From Actinomycetota bacterium (GTDB lineage: Bacteria; Actinomycetota; Acidimicrobiia; Acidimicrobiales; Ilumatobacteraceae), in contig JAFMFM010000001.1 in assembly GCA_017856115.1 (NCBI GenBank), positions 44,961 through 108,960 of the forward strand: DNA of 64,000 nucleotides, written 5' to 3'. Below are positions 27,793-36,637 of this stretch, in pieces. Position 1 is the first letter of the stretch. Every line of letters begins with the position of its first letter. The position numbers were made by a program, and so were the translations under genes. The notes beneath the pieces are model-generated. The model saw nothing but the letters and a program-made list of their open reading frames with translations, had not been told where the DNA came from and made no database searches.

Positions 27793-29054
27793 TAGAAATT
27801 GGTCCCTGCGAGTCGCAACATCACATCAAGGAGGATGTTCGCACCTGAAACGAGGTCGGCTTCGTCGGTGTGTTCGTTCACGTTGTGGCTGAGTCCGCCA
27901 TGGCTGGGAACGAAGATCATGCCCGTTGGACACAGGCGTGCGAGCATTTGTGCATCGTGTCCGGCACCCGAGGGCATGCGTTGGACGGAGTTACCACGAT
28001 CACGCGCCACGGATTCGACCAGGTCCACCACGCGATCATCGAAAATGACGGGTTCGAATCGCGCCAGCGGGCGGCGAACGATTCGCACGCGCTCTGCGAC
28101 GGCGAGTTCTTCGCAGAACCTGGCGATGTCGGCCTCGGCCGATTGCAGTATCGATTCATCGGTATTGCGAACGTCGAGTGTCATCACCACCTTGGATGGC
28201 ACCACGTTGGTGAGGTTCGGATGAACGTCGATCTTGCCCACGGTGCACACCTGGTTGCCGGCGAGGCGTGTCGCCAGATCGCGCAGGAATACGGTCAGTT
28301 TGGCCGCCGCAAATGCGGGATCCTTGCGCAGGTGCATCGGCGTGGTTCCTGCATGGTTGCTTTGGCCTTCGATCGTTACTTCCTGCCAGGAGATGCCCTG
28401 CACACCCGTGACGGCGCCGATGCGAACCTGGTTGACCTCCAGCAGCGGCCCCTGCTCGATGTGGAGCTCCACGAAGGCGTGCGGCACCACACCCGGACAC
28501 GGAGTGGCTCCGAGGTAGCCGATACGTTCCAATTCATCGCCGAGTCGGGTTCCATCGATACCGATCACATCGTGTGCCGTTTCGGGCAACATACCGCCGA
28601 CGTAGACGAGGGACCCCAGCATGTCGGGCGCGTACCGCGCACCCTCTTCGTCCGTGAAGATTCCCACGGCGAGCGGACGCCGTGGTTCGATACCACGTTC
28701 CTGGCAGGTCTCGATGACCTCGAGTCCGGCGAGCACGCCGTAGTTGCCGTCGTAGAGACCGCCGGTGCGCACGGTGTCGATGTGCGAGCCGGTCATCACC
28801 GGCGCGCCCGTACCAACCTGCCAGGTTCCAACGATGTTTCCGACCACGTCGATGGCGACGTTCATGTTCAGGTCCCGCATCCACGCCACCACGAGATTGC
28901 GGCCGTCGCGGTCGGCATCGGTCAGTGCGAGACGGTTGCAGCCCCCACCTGGAAGCCCGCCCACCTCGCCGAGTGCCATGATTCGCTTCATCAGGCGACG
29001 GTCGTTGATGTCCACTCGAGTGCCATGTGGGGGGACGAACTCCGCCGAGCGCAC
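27792..29054 (-). CDS. M20-family Zn-dependent amidohydrolase (allantoate amidohydrolase / N-carbamoyl-L-amino-acid hydrolase / beta-ureidopropionase class)
   Basis: 420 aa. GSHIDTVRTGGLYDGNYGV metal-binding motif and the overall pattern of the AllC/AmaB family. GTG start at 29054. Confidence 0.86.
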   Translation of the reverse strand: MRSAEFVPPHGTRVDINDRRLMKRIMALGEVGGLPGGGCNRLALTDADRDGRNLVVAWMRDLNMNVAIDVVGNIVGTWQVGTGAPVMTGSHIDTVRTGGLYDGNYGVLAGLEVIETCQERGIEPRRPLAVGIFTDEEGARYAPDMLGSLVYVGGMLPETAHDVIGIDGTRLGDELERIGYLGATPCPGVVPHAFVELHIEQGPLLEVNQVRIGAVTGVQGISWQEVTIEGQSNHAGTTPMHLRKDPAFAAAKLTVFLRDLATRLAGNQVCTVGKIDVHPNLTNVVPSKVVMTLDVRNTDESILQSAEADIARFCEELAVAERVRIVRRPLARFEPVIFDDRVVDLVESVARDRGNSVQRMPSGAGHDAQMLARLCPTGMIFVPSHGGLSHNVNEHTDEADLVSGANILLDVMLRLAGTNF

Positions 29055-29108
29055 CGCGCCATTCTATGAATGGCAGACTTGTGCACCGATGATGAATGAA
29101 ACAGTGCA

Positions 29109-30458
29109 ATGACCGGTATCGACCGCAGCGTCTTGGCGGGGCTCATGGCGCAGGAGACGGACCGGTTCGTCACGACGCATCCGCGTTCCGGTGAACACGC
29201 CCGATCGGCGTCATCGCTCGTTGGTGGAGTTCCGATGCCGTGGATGCGTCGGTGGCCCGGACCATTTCCGCTCGTACTCGAGGCCGCGAACGGTGCACGC
29301 TTTACGGATATCGATGGTCACGAGTACGTGGACCTGTGTCTCGGTGACACCGGTGCGATGACGGGTCATGCGCACCCCGCGGTGGGGCGGGCAATCGCCG
29401 AGCAACTGGGTCGTGGCGCAACGGTGATGTTGCCGACCACCGATGCCAGTTGGGTGGGCGACGAATTGGCTCGTCGCTTCGGCCTGCCAAAGTGGCAGTT
29501 TGCACTGAGTGCCACGGATGCGAATCGTTTCGTGCTCCGCTTTGCACGCGGAATCACGGGTCGGCCCAAGGTGCTCGTGCACGACTGGTGCTACCACGGC
29601 ACCGTCGACGAAACGCTCGTCGTTGCGATGGGCGATCGTACGGTGAGTAGACCCGGTGCGATCGGACCTCAGGTGAATCCCGCGCTCACGACGCGCGTGG
29701 TGCAGTTCAACGATCTGGCGGGTCTCGAGGAGGCGGCAGCCATTGGCGACGTGGCGTGCATGTTGATCGAACCCGCGCTCACCAATATCGGCATCGTGTT
29801 ACCGGAACCCGGCTACCTGGAGGGCGTTCGCGAGATCACACGACGGTACGGCATCTTGTTGATCATCGACGAGACGCACACCATTTGTGCGGGGCCTGGT
29901 GGCTGTACCGCGGCATGGGGGCTGGAGCCGGACATCGTGGTGATCGGCAAGACGATCGGCGGGGGAACTCCGGTCGGGGCCTACGGGTTTTCGGCCGATG
30001 TGGCGGCGCAGGTTGCCGCGTTGCAGGATCATGACGGAATCGACGTTTCTGGAGTGGGCGGAACGCTCGCTGGCAACGCACTGTCGATGGCGGCCGTTCG
30101 GGCAACGCTGACGCATGCACTGCTTCCGGAACAGTTTGCCCATACGGTGCAACTGGCGAAGGAATGGACGAACGGTGTACAGGACGCCTACGAGCGCCGG
30201 GGTCTTTCATGGAGCGTCCAGCAACTCGGTGCACGTGCCGAATACTGGTTTTGTCCACCACCACGGACCGGCGCCGACGCGGCTGCGGCGGTCGACCATG
30301 AACTCGATGCATTCATGCACCTGTGGGCAATTAATCGCGGCGTCCTGCTGACGCCGTTCCACAACATGGCGTTGTTCTCACCCTTCCATACGCAGGCCGA
30401 TGTCGATGCCCATACCCGGCAGTTCGACGCCGCTCTCTTGGCTTTGACGGGCCGTTAA
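29109..30458 (+). CDS. Class-III (GSA-aminomutase-like) PLP-dependent aminotransferase
   Basis: 449 aa with LIIDETHT and the Schiff-base lysine context VVIGKTIGGG. It is divergent from the minus-strand operon across a 54-nt spacer. Confidence 0.86.
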   Translation: MTGIDRSVLAGLMAQETDRFVTTHPRSGEHARSASSLVGGVPMPWMRRWPGPFPLVLEAANGARFTDIDGHEYVDLCLGDTGAMTGHAHPAVGRAIAEQLGRGATVMLPTTDASWVGDELARRFGLPKWQFALSATDANRFVLRFARGITGRPKVLVHDWCYHGTVDETLVVAMGDRTVSRPGAIGPQVNPALTTRVVQFNDLAGLEEAAAIGDVACMLIEPALTNIGIVLPEPGYLEGVREITRRYGILLIIDETHTICAGPGGCTAAWGLEPDIVVIGKTIGGGTPVGAYGFSADVAAQVAALQDHDGIDVSGVGGTLAGNALSMAAVRATLTHALLPEQFAHTVQLAKEWTNGVQDAYERRGLSWSVQQLGARAEYWFCPPPRTGADAAAAVDHELDAFMHLWAINRGVLLTPFHNMALFSPFHTQADVDAHTRQFDAALLALTGR

Positions 30459-30470
30459 GTACATCTCAGG

Positions 30471-31256
30471 ATGGGATGGCTGGGTGCTGGTCTGGTGGAC
30501 ATCGGCGCGGGGAACACAGTGTGGGTTCTCGTCGTCATGCTCTTGGCCGCCCTCGTGCAGGCCCTCGGAGGGTTCGGTTTCGCCCTCATGGCGGTTCCTC
30601 TTGCCGCTCTCGTCGTGGATCTCGAATTGGCGGTGGTCGCTGTGAGTGTCGGCTCCCTCGTCAACACGGCCCTGCTGTGTGCTCGTACGTATCGGCGAGT
30701 GGAACGCAAGGTTGCCGTGCGCTTCAACGTTCCGGCCCTCATCGGTATGCCGATCGGGCTGTGGGTCCTGCGGACCGCGCCACAGAACCCCCTCAAGGTG
30801 ATGCTGGGAGTCATCATCGTCGTTGCAACGCTTGCATTGATGCGGTCGGCATTCCGAGTGCCGGGTGATTCCATGTTGAAGCCCGCTGCGAGGGCCGCGG
30901 TTGATGTAATTGCCGGATGGCTATCGGGCATTCTTTCGACGTCCACCGGAACCAACGGGCCACCCCTCGTGCTTGCATTGGCGTCCCGACGTCTCTCGCC
31001 CGAAGTTTTTCGTGCGACATTGGCGTTCACGTTCACCGTCACCGGCTCATTGAGCCTCGCGATGTTCGCCGTGTCCGGAATGGTGTCGCGCGATGCCCTG
31101 ACGATCGCCGCCGTTGCCGTTCCGCTGATCCTGCTCGGTCAGGGTGTGGGGATTCGATTGCAGCCGAAACTGTCCAATCGACGCTTCGATCGACTCGTGT
31201 ACGTCTTGCTCATCCTGAGCGGATTGTCGGTCGGGATATCGGGAGTGACGGGCTGA
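30471..31256 (+). CDS. TauE/SafE-family (DUF81) anion permease
   Basis: 261 aa, about 8 hydrophobic helices and Gly-rich helix motifs typical of sulfite-exporter TauE/SafE proteins. It lies 12 nt downstream of the aminotransferase gene. Confidence 0.8.
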   Translation: MGWLGAGLVDIGAGNTVWVLVVMLLAALVQALGGFGFALMAVPLAALVVDLELAVVAVSVGSLVNTALLCARTYRRVERKVAVRFNVPALIGMPIGLWVLRTAPQNPLKVMLGVIIVVATLALMRSAFRVPGDSMLKPAARAAVDVIAGWLSGILSTSTGTNGPPLVLALASRRLSPEVFRATLAFTFTVTGSLSLAMFAVSGMVSRDALTIAAVAVPLILLGQGVGIRLQPKLSNRRFDRLVYVLLILSGLSVGISGVTG

Positions 31257-31276
31257 TACGTAGGCGTTGTTCGTCG

Positions 31277-31984
31277 TTACCGGCCGAACCAGCCGAGCCA
31301 CGCCTCCTTGGACTTCGGCTTGAAGATTGCGTTGCTGTTGCGAATGGTCCCCATCGGACCGTGGGACTCCGTCGAATAGCGATGACCCGGGTAGACGACC
31401 GTGTCGTCGGGAAGGCTGGAAAGTTTCTGCAAGCTGTCGTACATGTCCTCGGGGTTGCTGCCAGGTAGATCGGTACGACCGCAGCCATCGAGGAACAGGG
31501 TGTCGCCGGACACCAGTCGCCCCTCGACGAGAAAGCATTGACTGCCCGGTGTGTGACCCGGTGTGTGGAGCAGCGTGACGGGCACGTCGCCCACCATCAC
31601 CACGTCGCCCGGCTCGTGTACGGACAGATGCGATCGGTGCACGCCGGTCACCTTCGTCACCCACTCCGCTTCGGCTCGTTGAACGTGCACGGGAACGGAA
31701 CAATGCTCCAGGAGAGCGGCGATTCCCTCGATGCGATGGCCCATCATCGATCCACCGACGTGGTCGGGATGGTAGTGGGTGGCGAGCACTCCCGTCACCG
31801 TCATGTGGTCCTGCGATACGGCGTCGATGAGGGACTTCACGTCGTACGCCGGATCGACGAGCAAACACTCGCCGGTCGATCTGTCGCCGATCACGTAGAC
31901 GAAGTTCACCATCTGTCGTGCCATGTCGTCGTCACCTGCGAAGTCTCGACCCGAGAGCAACTGGCGGAAGTACAACCGGTCCAT
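31277..31984 (-). CDS. MBL-fold metallo-hydrolase (glyoxalase II-like)
   Basis: HxHxDH motif THYHPDHVGG, later HTPGHTPG and DTLFLDGCGR. ATG 31984 gives 235 aa. The Arg/Pro-rich ORF-track extension to 32284 is rejected. Confidence 0.86.
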   Translation of the reverse strand: MDRLYFRQLLSGRDFAGDDDMARQMVNFVYVIGDRSTGECLLVDPAYDVKSLIDAVSQDHMTVTGVLATHYHPDHVGGSMMGHRIEGIAALLEHCSVPVHVQRAEAEWVTKVTGVHRSHLSVHEPGDVVMVGDVPVTLLHTPGHTPGSQCFLVEGRLVSGDTLFLDGCGRTDLPGSNPEDMYDSLQKLSSLPDDTVVYPGHRYSTESHGPMGTIRNSNAIFKPKSKEAWLGWFGR

Positions 31985-32040
31985 CACGTGAACGAAACTA
32001 TCCGTCCATCGGGATACCCCGCGGCAATTACCCTGAAGGG

Positions 32041-33153
32041 GTGACTTCACGCAACCTCGAGTCGCACTCTCCACTGCGCTATGCGGTCGTTGGCACGGGA
32101 ATGATGGGTGTCGAGCACATCTATGCGTTGGGTGCGATACCCGGCTGCGAAGTGGTTGCGCTGTGCGATCCGCACGAGGCGAGTCGGTCCCGTGCACTGG
32201 CCGCCTTGTCGCGTTCCGTTGCCGAGTTCGCCTCGGTGGGGGAGTTGGCGGCGCACGGAGGATTCGACGTGGCGGTGGTGGCATCGCCGAACTTCACGCA
32301 TCGTTCGGTCGTTGAAACCCTGCTTGCCACCAACGCCCATATCCTCATCGAGAAGCCACTGTGCACCACGGTGGACGACTGTCGCGCCGTCATCGAGGCA
32401 GAGCGGAGCTTGAACGTGCCGGGTCGCGTGGTGTGGGTGGGGTTGGAATACCGCTACATGGCGCCAACCAAACGATTGCTGGAACACACGCGCAGTGGGA
32501 GCCTTGGATCCCTTCGGATGCTCGCGATACGTGAGCATCGTTTCCCGTTCCTAGTGAAGGTGAACGACTGGAATCGATTCTCCGTAAATACCGGCGGCAC
32601 ACTCGTTGAAAAGTGCTGCCATTTTTTCGACCTGATGCGTTTGATGCTGGGAAGCGAACCCGTACGTGTGTACGCGTCGGGGGCCCAGGATGTGAACCAC
32701 CTGGACGAGCGGTACGACGGCAAGGTGCCCGACATCCTCGACAATGCGATGGTCATCGTGGACTTTGCGAACGGCGAACGAGCGTCACTTGACCTGTGCA
32801 TGTTCGCGGAAGCCACCAAGAACGAGCAGGAGATTTCCGTGGTCGGTGACCTCGGAAAAGCCGAGGCACTTGTAACGGAGGGAGTCGTACGATTCGGCCT
32901 ACGGGCGAATGGATGGTTCCAGTGCGAGGAGGAGAGACTGGGTCACGGTGACATTCCCGACGTCGTTCTGGAACACGGTGCGCATCACGGCTCCTCCTGG
33001 CGTCAGCACCTTGCGATGCAGGCGGCCATTCGTACCGGATCCCCAGCGGAGGTCTCCCTGCGTGACGGTCTGATGTCGGTGGCGATGGGGCAAGCCGCCC
33101 ATCGCAGCATCGACGAGGGCCGTCCCATTCTCATGGCCGAGGTGGTCGACTAA
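32041..33153 (+). CDS. Gfo/Idh/MocA-family NAD(P)-dependent oxidoreductase
   Basis: Rossmann N-terminus LRYAVVGTGMMG and the ILIEKPLC motif. GTG 32041 is preceded by GAAGGG. The ORF-track start 31918 overlaps the divergent MBL gene. Confidence 0.85.
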   Translation: MTSRNLESHSPLRYAVVGTGMMGVEHIYALGAIPGCEVVALCDPHEASRSRALAALSRSVAEFASVGELAAHGGFDVAVVASPNFTHRSVVETLLATNAHILIEKPLCTTVDDCRAVIEAERSLNVPGRVVWVGLEYRYMAPTKRLLEHTRSGSLGSLRMLAIREHRFPFLVKVNDWNRFSVNTGGTLVEKCCHFFDLMRLMLGSEPVRVYASGAQDVNHLDERYDGKVPDILDNAMVIVDFANGERASLDLCMFAEATKNEQEISVVGDLGKAEALVTEGVVRFGLRANGWFQCEEERLGHGDIPDVVLEHGAHHGSSWRQHLAMQAAIRTGSPAEVSLRDGLMSVAMGQAAHRSIDEGRPILMAEVVD

Positions 33154-33191
33154 GCCGTCCGGCGAGCGCGTGCGATCGGAGTCTTCGGCCG

Positions 33192-34577
33192 TCACAGCAA
33201 CGCGTCGAAGATGCGTTGCCTGATTCGTGGTGATGCTCCATGACGCGCCTCGTGCGAGTCGATCGACTCGCTCAGTTTCAGCAATGCATTGATTCCGAGG
33301 AATCTGAATGGCTCGGGTTCCCAAAGTGGCGAGTGGTGATTGATGAACGGCAGTCGAGTGAGCGGTGTGTCGCGTTGATGCCAGGTGTCGACGAGCATAC
33401 GGGCGAAGAGATTCGTGGCGGCGACTCCGTCACCGGTGTAGCCGCCAAGTCGGGCGTAACGCGCGGACCTGTTCAACGTCATCGTTGGGATCCAGTCGCG
33501 TGGCACGCCGAGTGGACCACCCCAACGATGGGTAATGCTTGCATCTGCGACCGCCGGAAAGTGGCGAGCTATCGATTCGGTGATACGACGATGCGTGGAG
33601 GTATCCAGATCGAACGAATCCCTCACTCGCGATGCAAAATGGTACGGTGCACCTCGTCCACCAAAGGCGATGCGATTGTCGGCAGTGAGTTGGGCATAGA
33701 TCACCATGTTGCCCCCATCGTTGAACGTGACGCGATTCGTCCAGCCGAGGTCGGAAACCACGGCAGCACTCAGCGGCTCGGTGGCCACCATTAACGAATA
33801 GAGCGGCACTACGCGGCGTTTGGTTTGGTGAAACCCGTTGGAGTATCCCTCCGTTGCCTGTACGACGAGTGCTGCTCGCACGTGTCCGTGATCGTGTTCG
33901 ACCATGCCGTCACGGATCTCGTGAACGACGGTGTCCTCCCAGAGGTGAACCCGTCGTGCCCGCAGCACCCGTGCGAGTCCAGTCACCAGGGCGTGCGGGT
34001 TCACCGTTGCGCAATGGGGACTGAAGATCGCACCGTACGTTTCCGCAAGACGCAGATGCTCGCGTACCTCGACAGGCGACAACCATCGCAGGTCGTCTCG
34101 GGTCATTCCAAGGTGATGTTGTCGACGAACCACTTCCTGGAGACGTGAGGCTTGAACCGTGGTCGAAGCCGACTGGATCGTTCCTCCGCGATGGAATTGG
34201 CACTCGATGGCTTCGGATTCAACTACGCGCTGGACCTCATCGATGCTGGCGAAACTTTCCCGGTAGGCAGCCAGCGCCGCGTCCCGACCGAAACGATCGG
34301 CAAGTTCGCTGGGCAGAAGCGGGAAAAATCCGCTGCACCAACCGCCGTTTCGTCCGCTGGCGCCGAAACCTATTCGACGCGCCTCCACCACCGCTATTCG
34401 CGTTCGTGGTTCTGCCTCGGAGAGGTAGAAGGCCGTCCAAAGTCCGCTGAGACCACCGCCGACGATGGCGACGTCGACCTCGGCCGCGCTCGGAGCCGCC
34501 TCGGGTTGCCAGTCGACCTGTGCCGTCTCGTGCCAGACGGGGAATGTGGCGGCGTCGCGGAGGGAATCCGTCATCAC
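33192..34577 (-). CDS. FAD-dependent oxidoreductase (DAO / gamma-glutamylputrescine-oxidase-like)
   Basis: Dinucleotide-binding motif DVAIVGGGLSGLWTAFYL; 461 aa. It lies 6 nt downstream of the carboxylesterase gene on the same strand. Confidence 0.85.
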   Translation of the reverse strand: MMTDSLRDAATFPVWHETAQVDWQPEAAPSAAEVDVAIVGGGLSGLWTAFYLSEAEPRTRIAVVEARRIGFGASGRNGGWCSGFFPLLPSELADRFGRDAALAAYRESFASIDEVQRVVESEAIECQFHRGGTIQSASTTVQASRLQEVVRRQHHLGMTRDDLRWLSPVEVREHLRLAETYGAIFSPHCATVNPHALVTGLARVLRARRVHLWEDTVVHEIRDGMVEHDHGHVRAALVVQATEGYSNGFHQTKRRVVPLYSLMVATEPLSAAVVSDLGWTNRVTFNDGGNMVIYAQLTADNRIAFGGRGAPYHFASRVRDSFDLDTSTHRRITESIARHFPAVADASITHRWGGPLGVPRDWIPTMTLNRSARYARLGGYTGDGVAATNLFARMLVDTWHQRDTPLTRLPFINHHSPLWEPEPFRFLGINALLKLSESIDSHEARHGASPRIRQRIFDALL

Positions 34578-34583
34578 CGACTT

Positions 34584-35936
34584 TCAGCGAATCCAGAGAT
34601 CGTAAATGTCGCGTTCCGGGTCGACCAGAAGCAGATTTTCTTCGTGGATTTGCATTGTGGTTCTGGTCGCGCCCGTGGGGCTCCATGTGCACTGCGATGA
34701 GCGGGCGAACAGGACGAGAGTATCCGCAAGGGAAGTGACGAGGTGGCGATGTGTCGGCGACGCACCAATGAAGTGTTCGACGTTGGGTGCGTCGATGTTG
34801 TCGAAGGTGAAGGGAATATCGAGTCCGTGACATGCCCCGAGTACGCCCTCGAACACCGGAGTCGGCCAGGTAAAAAAGTACGACCAGGTGGTGGCGCCCG
34901 TACGTGCCCGACCATCGATGATGCGCCAGGCCGGTACCCGGAACGATTCGTCGCTCTGCATGGCGGCAAGGAGTTGGGCGGGAGTGGATTCCGGTCGGAG
35001 TCGTTCGTAGGTGCGCCACGCCGCGTCCATGTTCGCCCCGAAACGTCGTGCAAACTCCGACTTGACGTCGTCCGTGGTCAGGTTGGCCGACGCCGGATTG
35101 AGCGCCACCCACAAGCGATTCTCATCGCGGACAGTTCCGATGACCAAGGGTCGCTGATCGCTGGCGATGAGGTCGTATGCGTCGGACGCCACCACGTCGC
35201 CACCCACGGTCGGGCTGAACATCGTGACGACATCCTTCGGGTCCTGCAACAACCGGCCCTGTGCTTGCAGGACGGCGGAGGTGTCGAGAGGGCGAACTTC
35301 GATGATCGATGAAACCCCCAGCTCCTTGGCGAGTAGCCGCTCGGATTGTGTGGCGCGTTCGGGTGTTCTCAGTTGTCCGAGCGAAGGGCTCATCGCCCAC
35401 CCCTTGTGGAAGAGGTGTCGGGCGTCCGGCGCGCCAAAGAGCGCCAGCACACTGCATCCTCCAGCCGACTCGCCAAAGATCGTGACGTTGGAAGGGTCGC
35501 CCCCGAAGCGATGAATGTTGTCGCGTACCCATGAGAGCGCGGAGATCTGGTCTTGTAGACCGAGATCGCGGGCGCCGGAGAAACCGAAGGCTCCGAGACG
35601 ATAATTCAGGCATACGACGACGCATCCACGCGCCGCAAGGTTGCTTCCGTCGTACCATGCGGCATTCGCGGTGCCGTTGGTGAAGGCACCACCGTGGATC
35701 CACACCAACACCGGAAGGCGCAACGAGGAGTCGATCGGATGGTGGACGTTGAGAGTCAGACACTCCTCGCTCATTGGGAGCTGCGTCGTTCCCATCGCCG
35801 TCTCGAGAAAGCCCGGCACCTGCGGGCATTGGACGGCGGATGGTAGCTGCTCGAAGATATCGACCGTCTCGGGACGGTCGAATCGTGCTGCCCGTGCGTA
35901 CACGATGTTTCGGACGGTTTGCACCGACGGCTTCAC
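34584..35936 (-). CDS. Type-B carboxylesterase / lipase
   Basis: Oxyanion-hole VWIHGGAF and nucleophile elbow FGESAGG; 450 aa. Confidence 0.88.
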   Translation of the reverse strand: MKPSVQTVRNIVYARAARFDRPETVDIFEQLPSAVQCPQVPGFLETAMGTTQLPMSEECLTLNVHHPIDSSLRLPVLVWIHGGAFTNGTANAAWYDGSNLAARGCVVVCLNYRLGAFGFSGARDLGLQDQISALSWVRDNIHRFGGDPSNVTIFGESAGGCSVLALFGAPDARHLFHKGWAMSPSLGQLRTPERATQSERLLAKELGVSSIIEVRPLDTSAVLQAQGRLLQDPKDVVTMFSPTVGGDVVASDAYDLIASDQRPLVIGTVRDENRLWVALNPASANLTTDDVKSEFARRFGANMDAAWRTYERLRPESTPAQLLAAMQSDESFRVPAWRIIDGRARTGATTWSYFFTWPTPVFEGVLGACHGLDIPFTFDNIDAPNVEHFIGASPTHRHLVTSLADTLVLFARSSQCTWSPTGATRTTMQIHEENLLLVDPERDIYDLWIR

Positions 35937-35977
35937 GTTCTCAGGGTAGCCATCGGCGCGAGGGATACCGTGATGAT

Positions 35978-36622
35978 GTGTTGCGACGTCGTGTGGAGCG
36001 GTTGATTGGCGCGGTGGTCGCCGATCGCTGGGAGACCTGGCAGTTCAGCGCAGCAATCAACAATCAAACCTCTCGTGGGCGACGATTCAAACGGATGGGC
36101 GATGGTTCGCTCATCGCTTTCCCGTGGGTGACCATTTACAACGAGGAATACATCGAGATCGGTAGCGACACCATGATTGGTCCGTATTGCGCGCTGTCGG
36201 CCGGAATGATGCCCGGTCAACGATGCGTGACATCGCCGGTGGTGCGAATTGGTGATCGTTGTCTCATCGGGCGGGGGAGCGGCATCGTGGGTCACCTCGC
36301 GATCGACATCGGCAACGACGTCTGGACGGGCCACCACGTATACATCACGGATCAGAATCATGGTTACGGCGACGTCCATCGCCCCATTTCCCAGCAAACC
36401 CAACCCGAACGTCCGGTATCGATTGGTGATGGTTCGTGGCTCGGGACGGGGACGGTGGTGCTCCCGGGTGCGTTGATCGGAAGACACGTTGCCGTCGGGG
36501 CGAACTCGGTGGTAACGGGATCTTTGCCGGACTACAGCGTTGCTGTTGGAGCTCCGGCACGAGTGATCCGCCAGTACTCCGCTGATTCAGGCTGGAGCCC
36601 AGCGGCGGAGTTCTCGTCGTAG
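35978..36622 (+). CDS. Hexapeptide-repeat acyltransferase (left-handed beta-helix, maltose/galactoside O-acetyltransferase-like)
   Basis: Repeated [LIV]-G-x4 hexapeptides (IGDRCLIGRGSGIVGHLAIDIGNDVWTG ... IGDGSWLGTGTVVLPGALIGRHVAVGANSVV). The start is set at GTG 35978 with GAGGGA upstream; the ORF-track start 35774 overlaps the divergent esterase gene. Confidence 0.75.
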   Translation: MLRRRVERLIGAVVADRWETWQFSAAINNQTSRGRRFKRMGDGSLIAFPWVTIYNEEYIEIGSDTMIGPYCALSAGMMPGQRCVTSPVVRIGDRCLIGRGSGIVGHLAIDIGNDVWTGHHVYITDQNHGYGDVHRPISQQTQPERPVSIGDGSWLGTGTVVLPGALIGRHVAVGANSVVTGSLPDYSVAVGAPARVIRQYSADSGWSPAAEFSS

Positions 36623-36637
36623 TCAGAGTCCCGTAGG

